A stretch of 64,000 nt of DNA from Amoebophrya sp. A120 (Eukaryota; Protista; Dinoflagellata), in assembly GCA_905178155.1 (NCBI GenBank), contig CAJINV010000003.1, positions 5,339,700-5,403,699 of the forward strand. The letters are read 5' to 3'. The translations under genes were made by a program, and so were the position numbers. The notes beneath the pieces are model-generated. The model ran no database searches and was not told the origin of the DNA. It saw nothing but the letters and a program-made list of their open reading frames with translations. Within the stretch, counting starts at the first letter, position 1, and every line of letters begins with the position of its first letter. This document shows, piece after piece, positions 46,872 to 57,327 of the stretch.

Positions 46872-47655
46872 TCTATTTCTCCTTCTTTCTCTTTCTAGGG
46901 GGGACAAAAGTTGCGGGATTTGCGCCCGTAGTTCCACGGCCTCCGCCCGCCGACCGCTCGTTCTTGTGTGTCTGTCTCTCTGCCTGTGTGCTCTGCCGGT
47001 CAGCGACATTGCGTTTCGCTGGTGGCTATGCACTGCAAACATGTCTGGGGCTGGAGACGAGTGCAGAGCCTGTATATGCAATTTTTCCAAGCACCGCCTC
47101 CGACAGAGGCGCCGCCTCCGCATCAAAGTCCGCTGCCCAGGGCTCAGCGTCGCAAGTTCTGCAGCCCCTCGGGGAGGCCTCTTCTGCGTGAGCAATCCGC
47201 TCTCAACATTGCCAGAAAAAGGCATCTTGTGCAAGTCATGCGGGACCACAGATTTTTGCGTGCCCGCCACACGCGAGCGCCACAAGTTCGCTCCCTTCCA
47301 GACCCAGACACATTTGCTACGCATACTGGCTTCAGCGCAGCGATTACGCAGTGCAAAGATGTCTGGGTCGGCATCATTGGAACTTGTCGCGTTAAGTGTG
47401 GATCCATCATGTAAAGATCTGTATTGCATGACTGCCAAAGGTTGCTCACTTTTGACCAAGTCCAAGCAAAGAGGGAGCTTCTCATGCAGGATAGGCATGG
47501 TAGGGATCTCATAGAATTTGCTAGCGTGTTAGGTCCTGCGTTGATTCCTCATGACCATGGGCCCTGGAAAATGAGCATGACAAGTTTTGCAATCTTCCAG
47601 ACCCAGATAGCGATCTCCGTCGTAAGGAGCCAAAGACAAAAGCAAAACCTGAACT
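46872..47655 (-). CDS. 3' part of a small hypothetical gene containing a ~19-nt micro-exon
   Basis: Removing #23 and #24 gives ...LTTEIAALKP(A/P)AKRNVADRQ...PRKRKKEK*; upstream exons not resolved. Confidence 0.5.
47027..47325. mobile_element. Introner #23 (family A)
   Basis: TATGCACTGCAAACATGTCTGGG...CCCAGACACATTTGCTACGCATA; TSD GTGGC/CTGGC. Confidence 0.85.
47345..47609. mobile_element. Introner #24 (family A, right TIR partly deleted)
   Basis: TACGCAGTGCAAAGATGTCTGGGTC...TTCCAGACCCAGATA; perfect TSD GCGAT; body similar to #7 and #10. Confidence 0.82.
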
Positions 47656-48478
47656 ACAACGGAACAAAAGCAGACGCCTTGGCTCTGTGTCAATCGTCTC
47701 GCATCCTTTCGCATGCTATGCCTCACCTGCCGGGCGTACGCAGGTCGCGCGTCTGTATTGCGCACAAAAACAACCTGTCTAGGTGCTGGCCGGAGGTTCT
47801 CAGGGTATTCTGTGTTTCCATTTCCGCATCTATTTACGGCTTCGGGTTCCGTTCTCAGTCTCGCCTCTTTTTTAAAAAAAAACACGAGAGCAGGCGGGAA
47901 AGGATCCAGGAGTCGCGGAAAAGTTCCGTTGTCAGTTTAGATAGTTCCAAACAAAGCCATATCCTAATTACTAATTGTATTCGACCATATCACACGTTTG
48001 GCTTTGGCGATACCAGAGGAGAGTGGTCGGGGACAGAATTCTTCTGTGAAAATGAGCGTCTGTGCCGAGCAGTAACCACCAGCACCCAGAATGTATTCAA
48101 TGTAGCAAAACTGCAGTACCGGTATAACGACGTTGAGTTCCTATTAGTTTCATGGCCAACACGACCTTCCCAATCCGATTGGGAAGATCGTGTGACAACG
48201 AAAGTTATCGCACTTCGACTTGGACTTTATTCTTTGGAGGAGCTTTTCAAAACTGATTATACCAGACATCATAAGTATCAGTATCTTTTTATTACCTCCT
48301 GATATAGGGCGGCATTCCGCTGATCAAGCAGTTCTTGTTTGTACTGCTTGTAGTCATTCGTCGCCTGATGTCTCTGGCGCGGCGATGGAACAGGAGCGTA
48401 GTATTACACCACGACAGACACGACACGAGGACCCGGTCGGCGTCGGTGTAAATAACTCCATGGTTTGCATATAATTAG

Positions 48479-51400
48479 CTACAGACTGCTCCGCAAAACA
48501 AGAGTCGCTTCTGAACCATTTCCATTGGAGCTAGAAGCAGCCTGCGGCAAGCCAGGATTATCCACTCGGACAACGGCCTGCGTCCTTCCGCCAAGGTAAA
48601 GAATCGGGTCCGAGGAGTCACCGACCGCTTTATTGCCGACGCCGAAATGCTTTTGCAGGAAAATCTCAGAGTCGCGGCTTGCTCCAACGTGCAAACCAGA
48701 GTAGACCTGCTCACACCAGAGAAACCTCGACAGAAGGGCAGGCACGTCGTCGCTCCCCGGACGTTCCACAATCTTGTCGCCTTCTTCTACCTCCAACCTT
48801 CCATTGCTGTGTCGGTTGTAGTCATCAGGCAACAGAGTGACACTACGGAAAAGAAAGTCGTGTTCGAGAAGGAAAGAGCCCTCATCTTCTGACGCCGGGA
48901 GAACTTTTCTATTCTGCTCGTGCGGATCAGCTGCAGCACCTGCGGCCGCGTTTTTTCTTTGTGGCTCGTGGCACTGCCCGTGACTGATGATTCCCATCTG
49001 TGCGGGCATGTCCACTTCATGAATATCCGGTTGGGACAACACCAGGAACAGGTCGCGCAGGCCGGGGTTTCGGAGCGCGACAACGTGGACGTCGAACTGG
49101 AATTCCGGAAACAAGGAGCTGCTCGAGGGCTTGATATTATCCTTATCATCGGCAGAAAGGAAGAACACGGCTCGACGAAGCAGTTCAAAGTCGAGCTCCT
49201 GCAAGAACTTGTGCGCTTTGTCTGCGTTGGCTTCTTCGATAAGCAGCAGGAGCCCCGGTTTCATATTCGGAAGCAACGCCGCGTAAAGAAGATCGGCATA
49301 CTGGAGTCCCAGAAGCTCGATCAAAAATTTAAAGTCCAGACCATCTTTCAGTTCCTTGGCACGCATCAGCTGTAGTTGTTTTCTCTTGGCTAGGACTTTC
49401 GAGTCCAACTGCGGAGGCTGCTCTTGCGGATGATCCCTTTTCTTGCTCGGGTCGACCTCTACTGCGACTGCAGACGCTAGCGCACCTGGACCCGAGCCGG
49501 CAGGGACGTTTGAGGTTTGATGTTCCTCGAAACTGCATTCCGTGGACTCGCGCGCCGCACCAGAAGCTGCGGAAGACAACGCGGGAGCACCTTCTGCTGC
49601 TCCTCTGTGGTCCTCGTTGAACAACTTTGGAGGCGTTGCAACTGCTTCGCAAACAGATAATTCTGAAGCAGATGACTTGTGTGAGGTTCTTCGGGTCCGA
49701 AATGACACAGGAATCTTCGGCGCTGACAACTTCTTCTCAGAATGCTTCGGAGATGCTGCACGAATATTTGTAAAAGCATCACTTCTAGTACCGGCCGATC
49801 CTACACGCGACAGATCGATGGGACCGGAGCCGGAAAACGGCCCGAGGGAGAGAGACGAGCCCCTCGCACTTCTCCTGGGCACGGCCCCTGAGGAGGTTGC
49901 GGAGATCCGAGCGGAAGATGCGTTTCTCGCGTGATCTGCTCCGCGATTTTTTTTGACCTGCTTATCAAAGATACGCTTGATGCTCGGCGAAAGAGGGGAA
50001 GAAGATGTTACTCCGGGACCTCTGGGCGGCGATGGAAAACTGACCGGTCCAGAACCGGACACGCGGGCAGCTGTCGACGGGAGGGTCGTTACAAGCGGTG
50101 TCGCAGTAGCCTTTGGATACCGCGGGAAATAAGCAGGTTGGCTTTCGTTGGTTTTCCAAAAGCTGCGACGTCGCAGCGTCCCGGGTGGCAACGTGTGAAT
50201 CGAGAAGTCAATATCTTCACGATGCAGCTCCGAAGTGGAGCCAGTTGTGGTTTCAACACCGCTGGGGAAGATTCTACGCCACCAATCGGGGAGCTGATCC
50301 ACCTTCATGCGGGCTGCACCATTTTCTACTTCCACCTCACTGTACATTGCTTCCAGTGTGTCCCTTGTACTAGCGAGAAACCTCTTGTCGGACGGGACAA
50401 TGAGTGTGAGCGGGCTGAACCCGGGGGCAGCAGTGAAGTCATGGCCCTGACGAAGAGCATTGGCCGGGACCTCCCTCACCAAGATCCGTTCGGAAAGTCG
50501 CGCCGGCTGGCCGCTGTTCACTAGTATTTTTTCGGGTTCATCCGGATCTTCCTCCTCTTTTCTCCGGAAGAGTTGTCCATCGTCCGGCTGCTTTTTTCCT
50601 ACACGTTCTTCTCCATTTTGTGAAGTGTTCACTCTGCCAGTAGCTCTGATGAAAACATCGTCGTGGCCGTTATTTTTGCGTGCCAAGGTGGAAAGCGACC
50701 CGGTGCGATCGTCCACAGATGCCTGCCAAACCTCTACAACGGTCGGCCACGAATTTTTGTTCTTCAAGAAGCCGCGATCGCCGCTTGCGAGCAGCGCCGC
50801 CTCTGCGACTGCGGGACGATCACCTTGAGGCGTTTGCAAAAAGCCACGTGATCCCGCCGCTCGTCCCCCGGAAGTTCTTCCAACGTCAGCTGGCGGCACA
50901 GCACTCGTAGTATAATTGCTTTTATTTCTAGACGCTGCAAAGCTAGCCTCAACATCCTTCGTCTCGATAACGAAGCGTAGCTGCTGCTGAGGTTGCTTAA
51001 CAACATCAAAATGATCTCCTTGTAGCTGGCCTCTACTGGGGCTCAAGACTGCTGAAGCATTGCAGCAACGCAAGCTCGCATGCGCGTCCTGTCGCTCGAG
51101 CAACCACACGTAATGGGCAGCCGCAAATACCGCTGTGCCGTAATCTGACGTGTCTGTGTCTCGCTCTCGGTCTTGTGGGCTGCCGAGGTGGAGGAGATAA
51201 GTGGCATCGTCCAGTTTCCCTGTAATCGACACACGACCTGAGGGGATGCTGGCCTCCCAGTCTGCAGCATTCCTTGCGCCATTTTCTGGTGGTCCTCGAA
51301 AGCGTCCTTGTACTACACGGACTAGGTCGCCGGTTCCCATCTTTCCAGGCTGATGATAAACCGCGACATCCACAGGCGACCGTGGTTGTCGTTCTTGTGC

Positions 51401-51589
51401 ACGTGCCTGAAGATCCGTGTTGGCCTGCACACTGGAAGACGACCCCAGACACACCGCCGTCGAATGATGTACGCCGAGGATCAAAGCGGTGAGGTTGAAC
51501 AGTTTTTGCATGAATCCGCCTCGTCGTGGTGGTGCACACCTGCTGCAAAAGGCACCTCCAACCCTTCTAGCCGATCTCACTCTCATCAT
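48479..51589 (-). CDS. Large intronless hypothetical protein with a signal-peptide-like segment
   Basis: 1036-codon ORF; hydrophobic LFNLTALILGV near the N-terminus; no family recognised. Confidence 0.75.
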   Translation of the reverse strand: MMRVRSARRVGGAFCSRCAPPRRGGFMQKLFNLTALILGVHHSTAVCLGSSSSVQANTDLQARAQERQPRSPVDVAVYHQPGKMGTGDLVRVVQGRFRGPPENGARNAADWEASIPSGRVSITGKLDDATYLLHLGSPQDRERDTDTSDYGTAVFAAAHYVWLLERQDAHASLRCCNASAVLSPSRGQLQGDHFDVVKQPQQQLRFVIETKDVEASFAASRNKSNYTTSAVPPADVGRTSGGRAAGSRGFLQTPQGDRPAVAEAALLASGDRGFLKNKNSWPTVVEVWQASVDDRTGSLSTLARKNNGHDDVFIRATGRVNTSQNGEERVGKKQPDDGQLFRRKEEEDPDEPEKILVNSGQPARLSERILVREVPANALRQGHDFTAAPGFSPLTLIVPSDKRFLASTRDTLEAMYSEVEVENGAARMKVDQLPDWWRRIFPSGVETTTGSTSELHREDIDFSIHTLPPGTLRRRSFWKTNESQPAYFPRYPKATATPLVTTLPSTAARVSGSGPVSFPSPPRGPGVTSSSPLSPSIKRIFDKQVKKNRGADHARNASSARISATSSGAVPRRSARGSSLSLGPFSGSGPIDLSRVGSAGTRSDAFTNIRAASPKHSEKKLSAPKIPVSFRTRRTSHKSSASELSVCEAVATPPKLFNEDHRGAAEGAPALSSAASGAARESTECSFEEHQTSNVPAGSGPGALASAVAVEVDPSKKRDHPQEQPPQLDSKVLAKRKQLQLMRAKELKDGLDFKFLIELLGLQYADLLYAALLPNMKPGLLLLIEEANADKAHKFLQELDFELLRRAVFFLSADDKDNIKPSSSSLFPEFQFDVHVVALRNPGLRDLFLVLSQPDIHEVDMPAQMGIISHGQCHEPQRKNAAAGAAADPHEQNRKVLPASEDEGSFLLEHDFLFRSVTLLPDDYNRHSNGRLEVEEGDKIVERPGSDDVPALLSRFLWCEQVYSGLHVGASRDSEIFLQKHFGVGNKAVGDSSDPILYLGGRTQAVVRVDNPGLPQAASSSNGNGSEATLVLRSSL

Positions 51590-52794
51590 TTTGCTTTACA
51601 CTTTTTCTTCTCGGGCTTGGACACCTTCTTGTACCGTCAATAATGACAAAATAAATACGAAGAAACCACGGAGGGACTGTGATAAGCTTGGTACGATTAT
51701 CGAATACGAAAAATTGTATATCAAGATTATTTAAGATTGGGCATCGGCATGCTCCGACTGAAATAGAAATAACCTGGTTTTGTATGAATATGAATATCTA
51801 CCCATCACATGCGGTATGGCGCGTCGTCAATTCATCGTGTCGAATGAAAATGAATCGAAGGGGAAGGATAAGAAAAGAAGAAGAACAAAAAATGAAACAA
51901 ATAGAAGGAAGGGCTTCTCATACCCACCAGATCAGCCAAAGCAAAGGATCGAGTCTGTTCGTTTCTGCAAGGTCAAGGAGCTCCACCACGGCGCGCGACG
52001 CAGAGATCCGATCGACTTAGTGTTGTTCTTTATTTCTGGACATGGACACAGCGAGCCACGCGAAATGCATGGAGACGCTTGGAGGCTGGTTACATGGTGA
52101 CGAGCAGAGACCTCATCCAAAAGACCATGAAAGCGGAGACGAGAATATACTCCTGCTCTCTTCCAATTCCGTTATTGATACCTTCATGCTAAATCGACTA
52201 CGACTTCCTTCTTCGCGCATCAAATGGTTGCATCGAACTTTGCACAATATCGACGATACACTCGTCGTTTGTGACGTCAATGAATTGGCGTATTCTGATT
52301 TCATCTCAAATAGACACGGGCGGACTACAAAGCTGTAGATACTAGCATGCAACTGTTGTCCGTCGTGCTTTGCCTGTGATGCTTGGCTAATAAAAGAATG
52401 TACTTAAGTTAGTGCATCTGCTACTGTTCTTGTTCACTCGTAGATAGTAAAGAACTGAGTAGGAGTAACAATTTTGTCACTGTTGGTAGTACCTAGAGGC
52501 TGAGAGAGCCAACGCGGTACAGCGAACGACTCTTTCGGATATTTACTACAACTATACTGAGCCTGAGAAAACATCCGTCTCTCTTGAATGCAGCTCCATT
52601 GGAGGTGGATCTGGATACGGATAGCGGGCCTTGTTGTTTTGGTACATACAACTTGCTCGGTTGCATAATCCACCACTGCTCCCTGCACAAAGAACTTAAA
52701 ATAACTACCACTTGGTTAAACATCACATATACACAGGATCGTCAGTACTTGACTGCACTGTATTTGAAATACTGTAAAATTAAAATACAAATTC

Positions 52795-55700
52795 TCACTG
52801 CTTGGCCGCTTTCCCCGTTCCCGAGGACTGTTTCTTCCGGAAAGGTCGCATGATGTCACGCAAAGCCTGCGGTTCCCCGACGTTTTGCGGCCGCAGTGCC
52901 TGCTCAAGTCCCGTGATTTTTTTCGAGATGTTGCGGGATATCAAATGCAAATATGCCTTGGTCTGGAAGAGTGCAAGAGGTGTCAACATGCTTGTCTGAC
53001 ATGCCTGTTAACTCTGTTCTGCTCAGGCGCGAAAAGTAGATCCTATTGCCTGTCGTGCAAAAATGGAGCTGCCTGCCATGCGGAATACGCAACACACCGC
53101 AGCTCAAAAACTTGTCACGCTTGGTCACCTTCTATTGCAGTGCGCTCAACATTATTCACAGACTCGCATCACAAGGTTCCAGACCTAGACATTTTTGCAT
53201 GTGATACGGGAGACCACGTCGCAACAGCGATTGAGGTCGGCGAGCTGCTGGGCAGAGAGCAACTCCCCTATTGTGAGGAAAAATCCCCCCTCCCCATATC
53301 GAAAGCGGAATTTGTGTTGCTGTATTTGAGTACACAAATCACATCTGTCTTGCTAGAGAGGACTGCAGACCCATATCAAGCCTGAGCAGAGATGCTTTGA
53401 CTTACTTAGGCGCTTAGCATGAGAAGCGTCCGTGATGTTGGCTCAACAGCATGACAAACCGCCTCCATAATGGGACGGAAGCTGCTGCCCTTGTCTTCTT
53501 GCAACACAAACGAGATTTGTGACCTCAAATCAGCAACACAAATTTTCGAAAACCTACCTCTTCAAAATGGGGAGGGGGGATTTTTCCTTGCGATATCCCC
53601 CGGCGTGCCGCCGCTGAGCTTGGTTTGCAACGCGATCAGGTAGGTTTTGTCGTCCACCCAGATCTGTCGAAGCACAAACAAGTTCTGGAACAGCTCCCCG
53701 GTTTTCTTGCGGTTCCACCGCAGAAAGTAGGCCCCGCCCCCGGTGATGTCCCGGGCCCAGGTGGGCGGATCGATGTTGGCGCCCGCGATCGCGAGCGGAT
53801 CCCCGGACACCGCCACATCGGTGAAGGCTCGGAGACGCTGCCGGGTCTCCTCGTCGAACCTCTCGCTGGGGACGCCGTAGTTCAGAAACCGGCAGTTGCG
53901 GCCGATGCAATCCTCTGCCGGGTAGCCAGTTAACTCCTCGAAACCCTGGGAGACTATGAACTGCAAAAGTACCGTACTCGTAGTATTGCAATACAAATTA
54001 CCAAAGCATGACAAATGGAATTTCTGATGCTGATTTAGCTTGGCAAAGAAATTTGTCTTGCATGACTGCGATTAGTACGAGTGGGATACTTTTGCACAGG
54101 ATAGAGACGGCAATCAAGGGACAATCCTCCAGCGACGGGTCAGCGATGCAGACGGAAAAACCGGATCCGTCCACACCTACAAGTTTTGCGCTCTTTCCGA
54201 TTTTCTTGATATACTTATGTGCCTAAGCCTATGTGCAAGTACTTCTTATAATTCGACGCAACATCGTCATTCATCTTTTTGCGGCTTTCTCGTACTACGT
54301 AAGCAGTTGTAGTTTTCGATAGTGCAAATGAGCACGCGACTCTTCGGGACAGAATCTCAATCCCAGAATTTTGGACCCGTAGCACTGCGAAAAATAGATA
54401 GATGTACTTAGATCTGGATCTACCCAGATGAAACCTAGTACTTGAAAAAAGTGATATTACCAAGGGCGCCGTTGAGAGTGTTACCGACCTGCCGCAGCAC
54501 GTCGTCACAGACTTTCTGGAGCTGCTGCGAAACTTGCGTGATTTGGTTGCGCCAGTGCTCTGGAAATTGCAGGTAGAACACCCCCACCGTGACATCGTCG
54601 TGAATATCACGGCGCTGTGAGGGCGTAAGCAGCTCATAGTCCTTGGGAGACAGTCCCGCCTCCTCGATAGCTCGAGATTTCACCGCTTCAGTTAGGGCGC
54701 CAGCAGCCAGCTCGGGGCTTCCGGCGGCGCGCGCTATACTGATGATCTCCTCGTCTTGTAGAAGGTCGTGCAGTATCAATTGCAAATATGTTGTCCGGGT
54801 CTGGAAGATTCTGAGACTCGTCATGCACGTTTTGCAGCATGGGCCATGCATTATGTCTGGGATGCATGCCCTAGCATCACAGATTTTTCGAGGGCTTCTT
54901 GATGCCTATTCCGCATGACAAATGCCCTCGTCCCCGCGTAGCAAAAATTAGATTGTGATTGATTCCTTTTGCATTTGCTGCTCATGCAATACAGATTTTT
55001 TTGGAATCCGAATGCAGCATCACAAGCGGCATCCTTCCAGACTGAGACATATTTGCATTTGATATACAGACCATCGCTTGCCACGATCACAAACTCGTCC
55101 TCCGGTTGGCGCGGGAGCAACTTAATCTCTGGCTCGGCGGTAATATAGGGGCCTTTCGAAAAGTCTGCGTCCTGCACAACCGGCTGTTAGCAATGAGTTG
55201 GAAACACATATATCAATATCTAGGATCCATCATATATCTATAAATATAAATGACGGACCTTGCGTGCAGGAAACTGAGAGAAGAAAACGCAGAAAGAGAC
55301 TCAGTCGATCATCGGGAAGCATTAGCATTGATTCATATACAATAAAAAAAGAGAGCAAACAGATGAAAATCAAAATCTTCTGTTGAGAAAATAAGTAAAT
55401 AAGCCATCCAGAAAAATTTCTACCCGGGAGTACGTGCTCGATTTGTTGCCCGTCGGCGCACCTAGTGAAGTGGCAGGGAACGAGCCCAAGGTGACATTCA
55501 GATCCGAGCACTTTAGCGCAAAGTCTCCGAAGGCTCTAGTCGGCTGCAGGACACCCTTGATGTAGCAGGCGGTTTCTACCTCCTCCAGGCCCGGGCCCGG
55601 GTTCTGGAACAGCCGGCCGGTCTTCGGGTCCTGGTAGGCGTGCATGCACTGCACGAGGTCGGTTTCTTCCGGGCGCTCCGACCGGATATGGGGTTCTCAA

Positions 55701-57327
55701 ACGTTACCCTCCACTCAGTGTCGTGCAAAATTGCCATCAGGATCAGGAGCCGCACCACGATCAAGCTGCGTCGCATGATAACTTCTTGAAGGGCTATTAC
55801 AGAGCATCTGATTCTGTGCCGAGTTTGTAATGCGAAAGGTGCACCACGCTTGTTGCCCCTTTGCTTTCACTGTGTCTGTTCTTGCGTCACAAATCCATTA
55901 TTGTAACAGTTGAGAATGTAACGTTTGAGAATGCCGTACCGAAAGCGCTCCCGCTCGGCCAGCTCGTTCGCGTTGTGGATGGTTGACAAGGTGACAATCT
56001 CCGGCTTTGCTGTAGGGTCCTTCGCAGACGTTCTTGACCGACACAGAATCGCCCGGCAGTCTCCGGCGTTGGCAATAACGTAGTGCGAGTCGCTGACCGC
56101 CACCGTGATCGCGCAGGAGCCGAGCCGCACGAAGCGGTCGAAGCCCAGGGAGACCGATTCCTGAATACGCCGCTTCAGCAGCTCGTCGGTCTCGTAATAG
56201 GCCGAGCGGAGCGCACCCTCGATTGCGCTGGCGTCCACGGCCGTGGGAACCACGGTCCCGGTGAACTTGATGCCCTTGTCGCCTACAACCGTGGGCACGG
56301 CAGCAGCAGGAGCTGCACCTGGAGGACCTGGGCCGCGCGTCGGCGCCATCCTCTTCATCGAGGGTTCCGCCTGATCTTTGGTGGCGCCGAATCCGTTGGA
56401 CGCCGACATGCTCTCGAAAAGCTTTTCCCGCACGTTGTTTAGCAAGTTGCGCTCCAGGAAGTGCGCGACCTGCCAGCCGCCGTGCCCGTCGTACACGGAG
56501 ACGAGGAAGACGGACGATCCACCCACGTACAGCTCGTCGAACGCGTACCGGTCTTCACAGAAGGTGTTTCCCTCCAGCTGTGCCAGCCCGAGGCGCACGG
56601 AGTTGAAGGCCCCGGTGGCCTGGATTCGCGGCGGTGGCCGCCCGAAGGCGGCGTTCCAGTTGCGCTCGCGGCGTGGCCGGGCGCGGTCCAGGCTGGATTT
56701 CTGGCGGTGCTGCAGCGCGCGCTGGGAGGACTCGCAGAAAGCCAAGCGCTGTCGCCGCCGATGACTCGGAAATGGCGAGTACCGCAGGTTGTAGTGCATC
56801 AGCCCGTTCCCCGCTCGCGACAGAAACACGCTAGGGGTGCTGCTACTACCAGACGCCGATGAAGATGACGAGGAACAGGAGCGACCTGCTGCATCACCGC
56901 CTGTGCCGCCGCGTCCGTTTCGCCCGACCATGCAAGTAGAAGAGCTGCTAGCTGCACTTGAGGACGGATTTGCACCGGCTTCCGCAAAACAAGACCCCTG
57001 TTGCGCACTCGTTTGCTGCTGGGAGTAAAAGAACTGCGACTGCTGGTCGCCAGCGCCTCGCTGTGTCTCATAGTCACGCGTCCCTTTGTGCGTGCTGCCG
57101 TTGGTAAATATGTCGCTCGAAGAACCTCCTGGTCCTGCTCCCTGCTCCCACTTTGAAGAAGACGACGACGACGAGGCTGGCCGTTGCCATCCGGTTAGTA
57201 CGGAACCTGATGCCCGGGCGTGCTTGCGTGAAGACGGGGACAAGGTGACGGGAGAGTCCGTTAGAGGCGATCGCGTTACCCCTACACTGCGGAACGCAAG
57301 CCGCAACCTCCCGCTTGCCGTAGCCAT
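52795..57327 (-). CDS. PP2C/PPM phosphatase (PDP-like) fused to a C-terminal LOV (PAS) flavin photosensor domain, 8 exons
   Basis: PP2C motifs LEGNTFCEDR, VYDGHGG, GSCA, IANAGDCRA, LQPTRAFGD, TAEPE, VASDGLYD, HDDVTV. LOV motifs IADP..DCPLIAVSQGFEELTGY..CIGRNCRFL, NRKKTGELFQNL, YLIALQ. Exons ~57327-55939, 55681-55424, 55183-55065, 54768-54461, 54176-54104, 53949-53596, 53263-53207, 52933-52795; the fusion relies on phase-1 GT-AG intron 54460-54177. Confidence 0.82.
52939..53206. mobile_element. Introner #25 (family A)
   Basis: TATCAAATGCAAATATGCCTTGGTCTGGAA...TTCCAGACCTAGACATTTTTGCATGTGATA; perfect TSD CGGGA. Confidence 0.9.
53269..53595. mobile_element. Introner #26 (family G)
   Basis: TATTGTGAGGAAAAATCCCCCCTCCCCAT...ATGGGGAGGGGGGATTTTTCCTTGCGATA; perfect TSD TCCCC. 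Confidence 0.9.
53955..54103. mobile_element. Introner #27 (family B)
   Basis: TATGAACTGCAAAAGTACC...GATACTTTTGCACAGGATA; perfect TSD GAGAC; interrupts the LOV domain. Confidence 0.9.
54774..55064. mobile_element. Introner #28 (family A)
   Basis: TATCAATTGCAAATATGT...ACATATTTGCATTTGATA; TSD TGCAG/TACAG; interrupts the DGLYD motif. Confidence 0.88.
55687..55938. mobile_element. Introner #29
   Basis: TATGGGGTTCTCAAACGTTAC...GTAACGTTTGAGAATGCCGTA; TSD CCGGA/CCGAA. Confidence 0.88.

Noticed and set aside
18197-55064. Recurring short-ORF peptides such as CKYVWVWK, FQTQTFLHL and LPDPDIF
   Set aside because: They are translations of the family A TIR in different frames, not a protein family.
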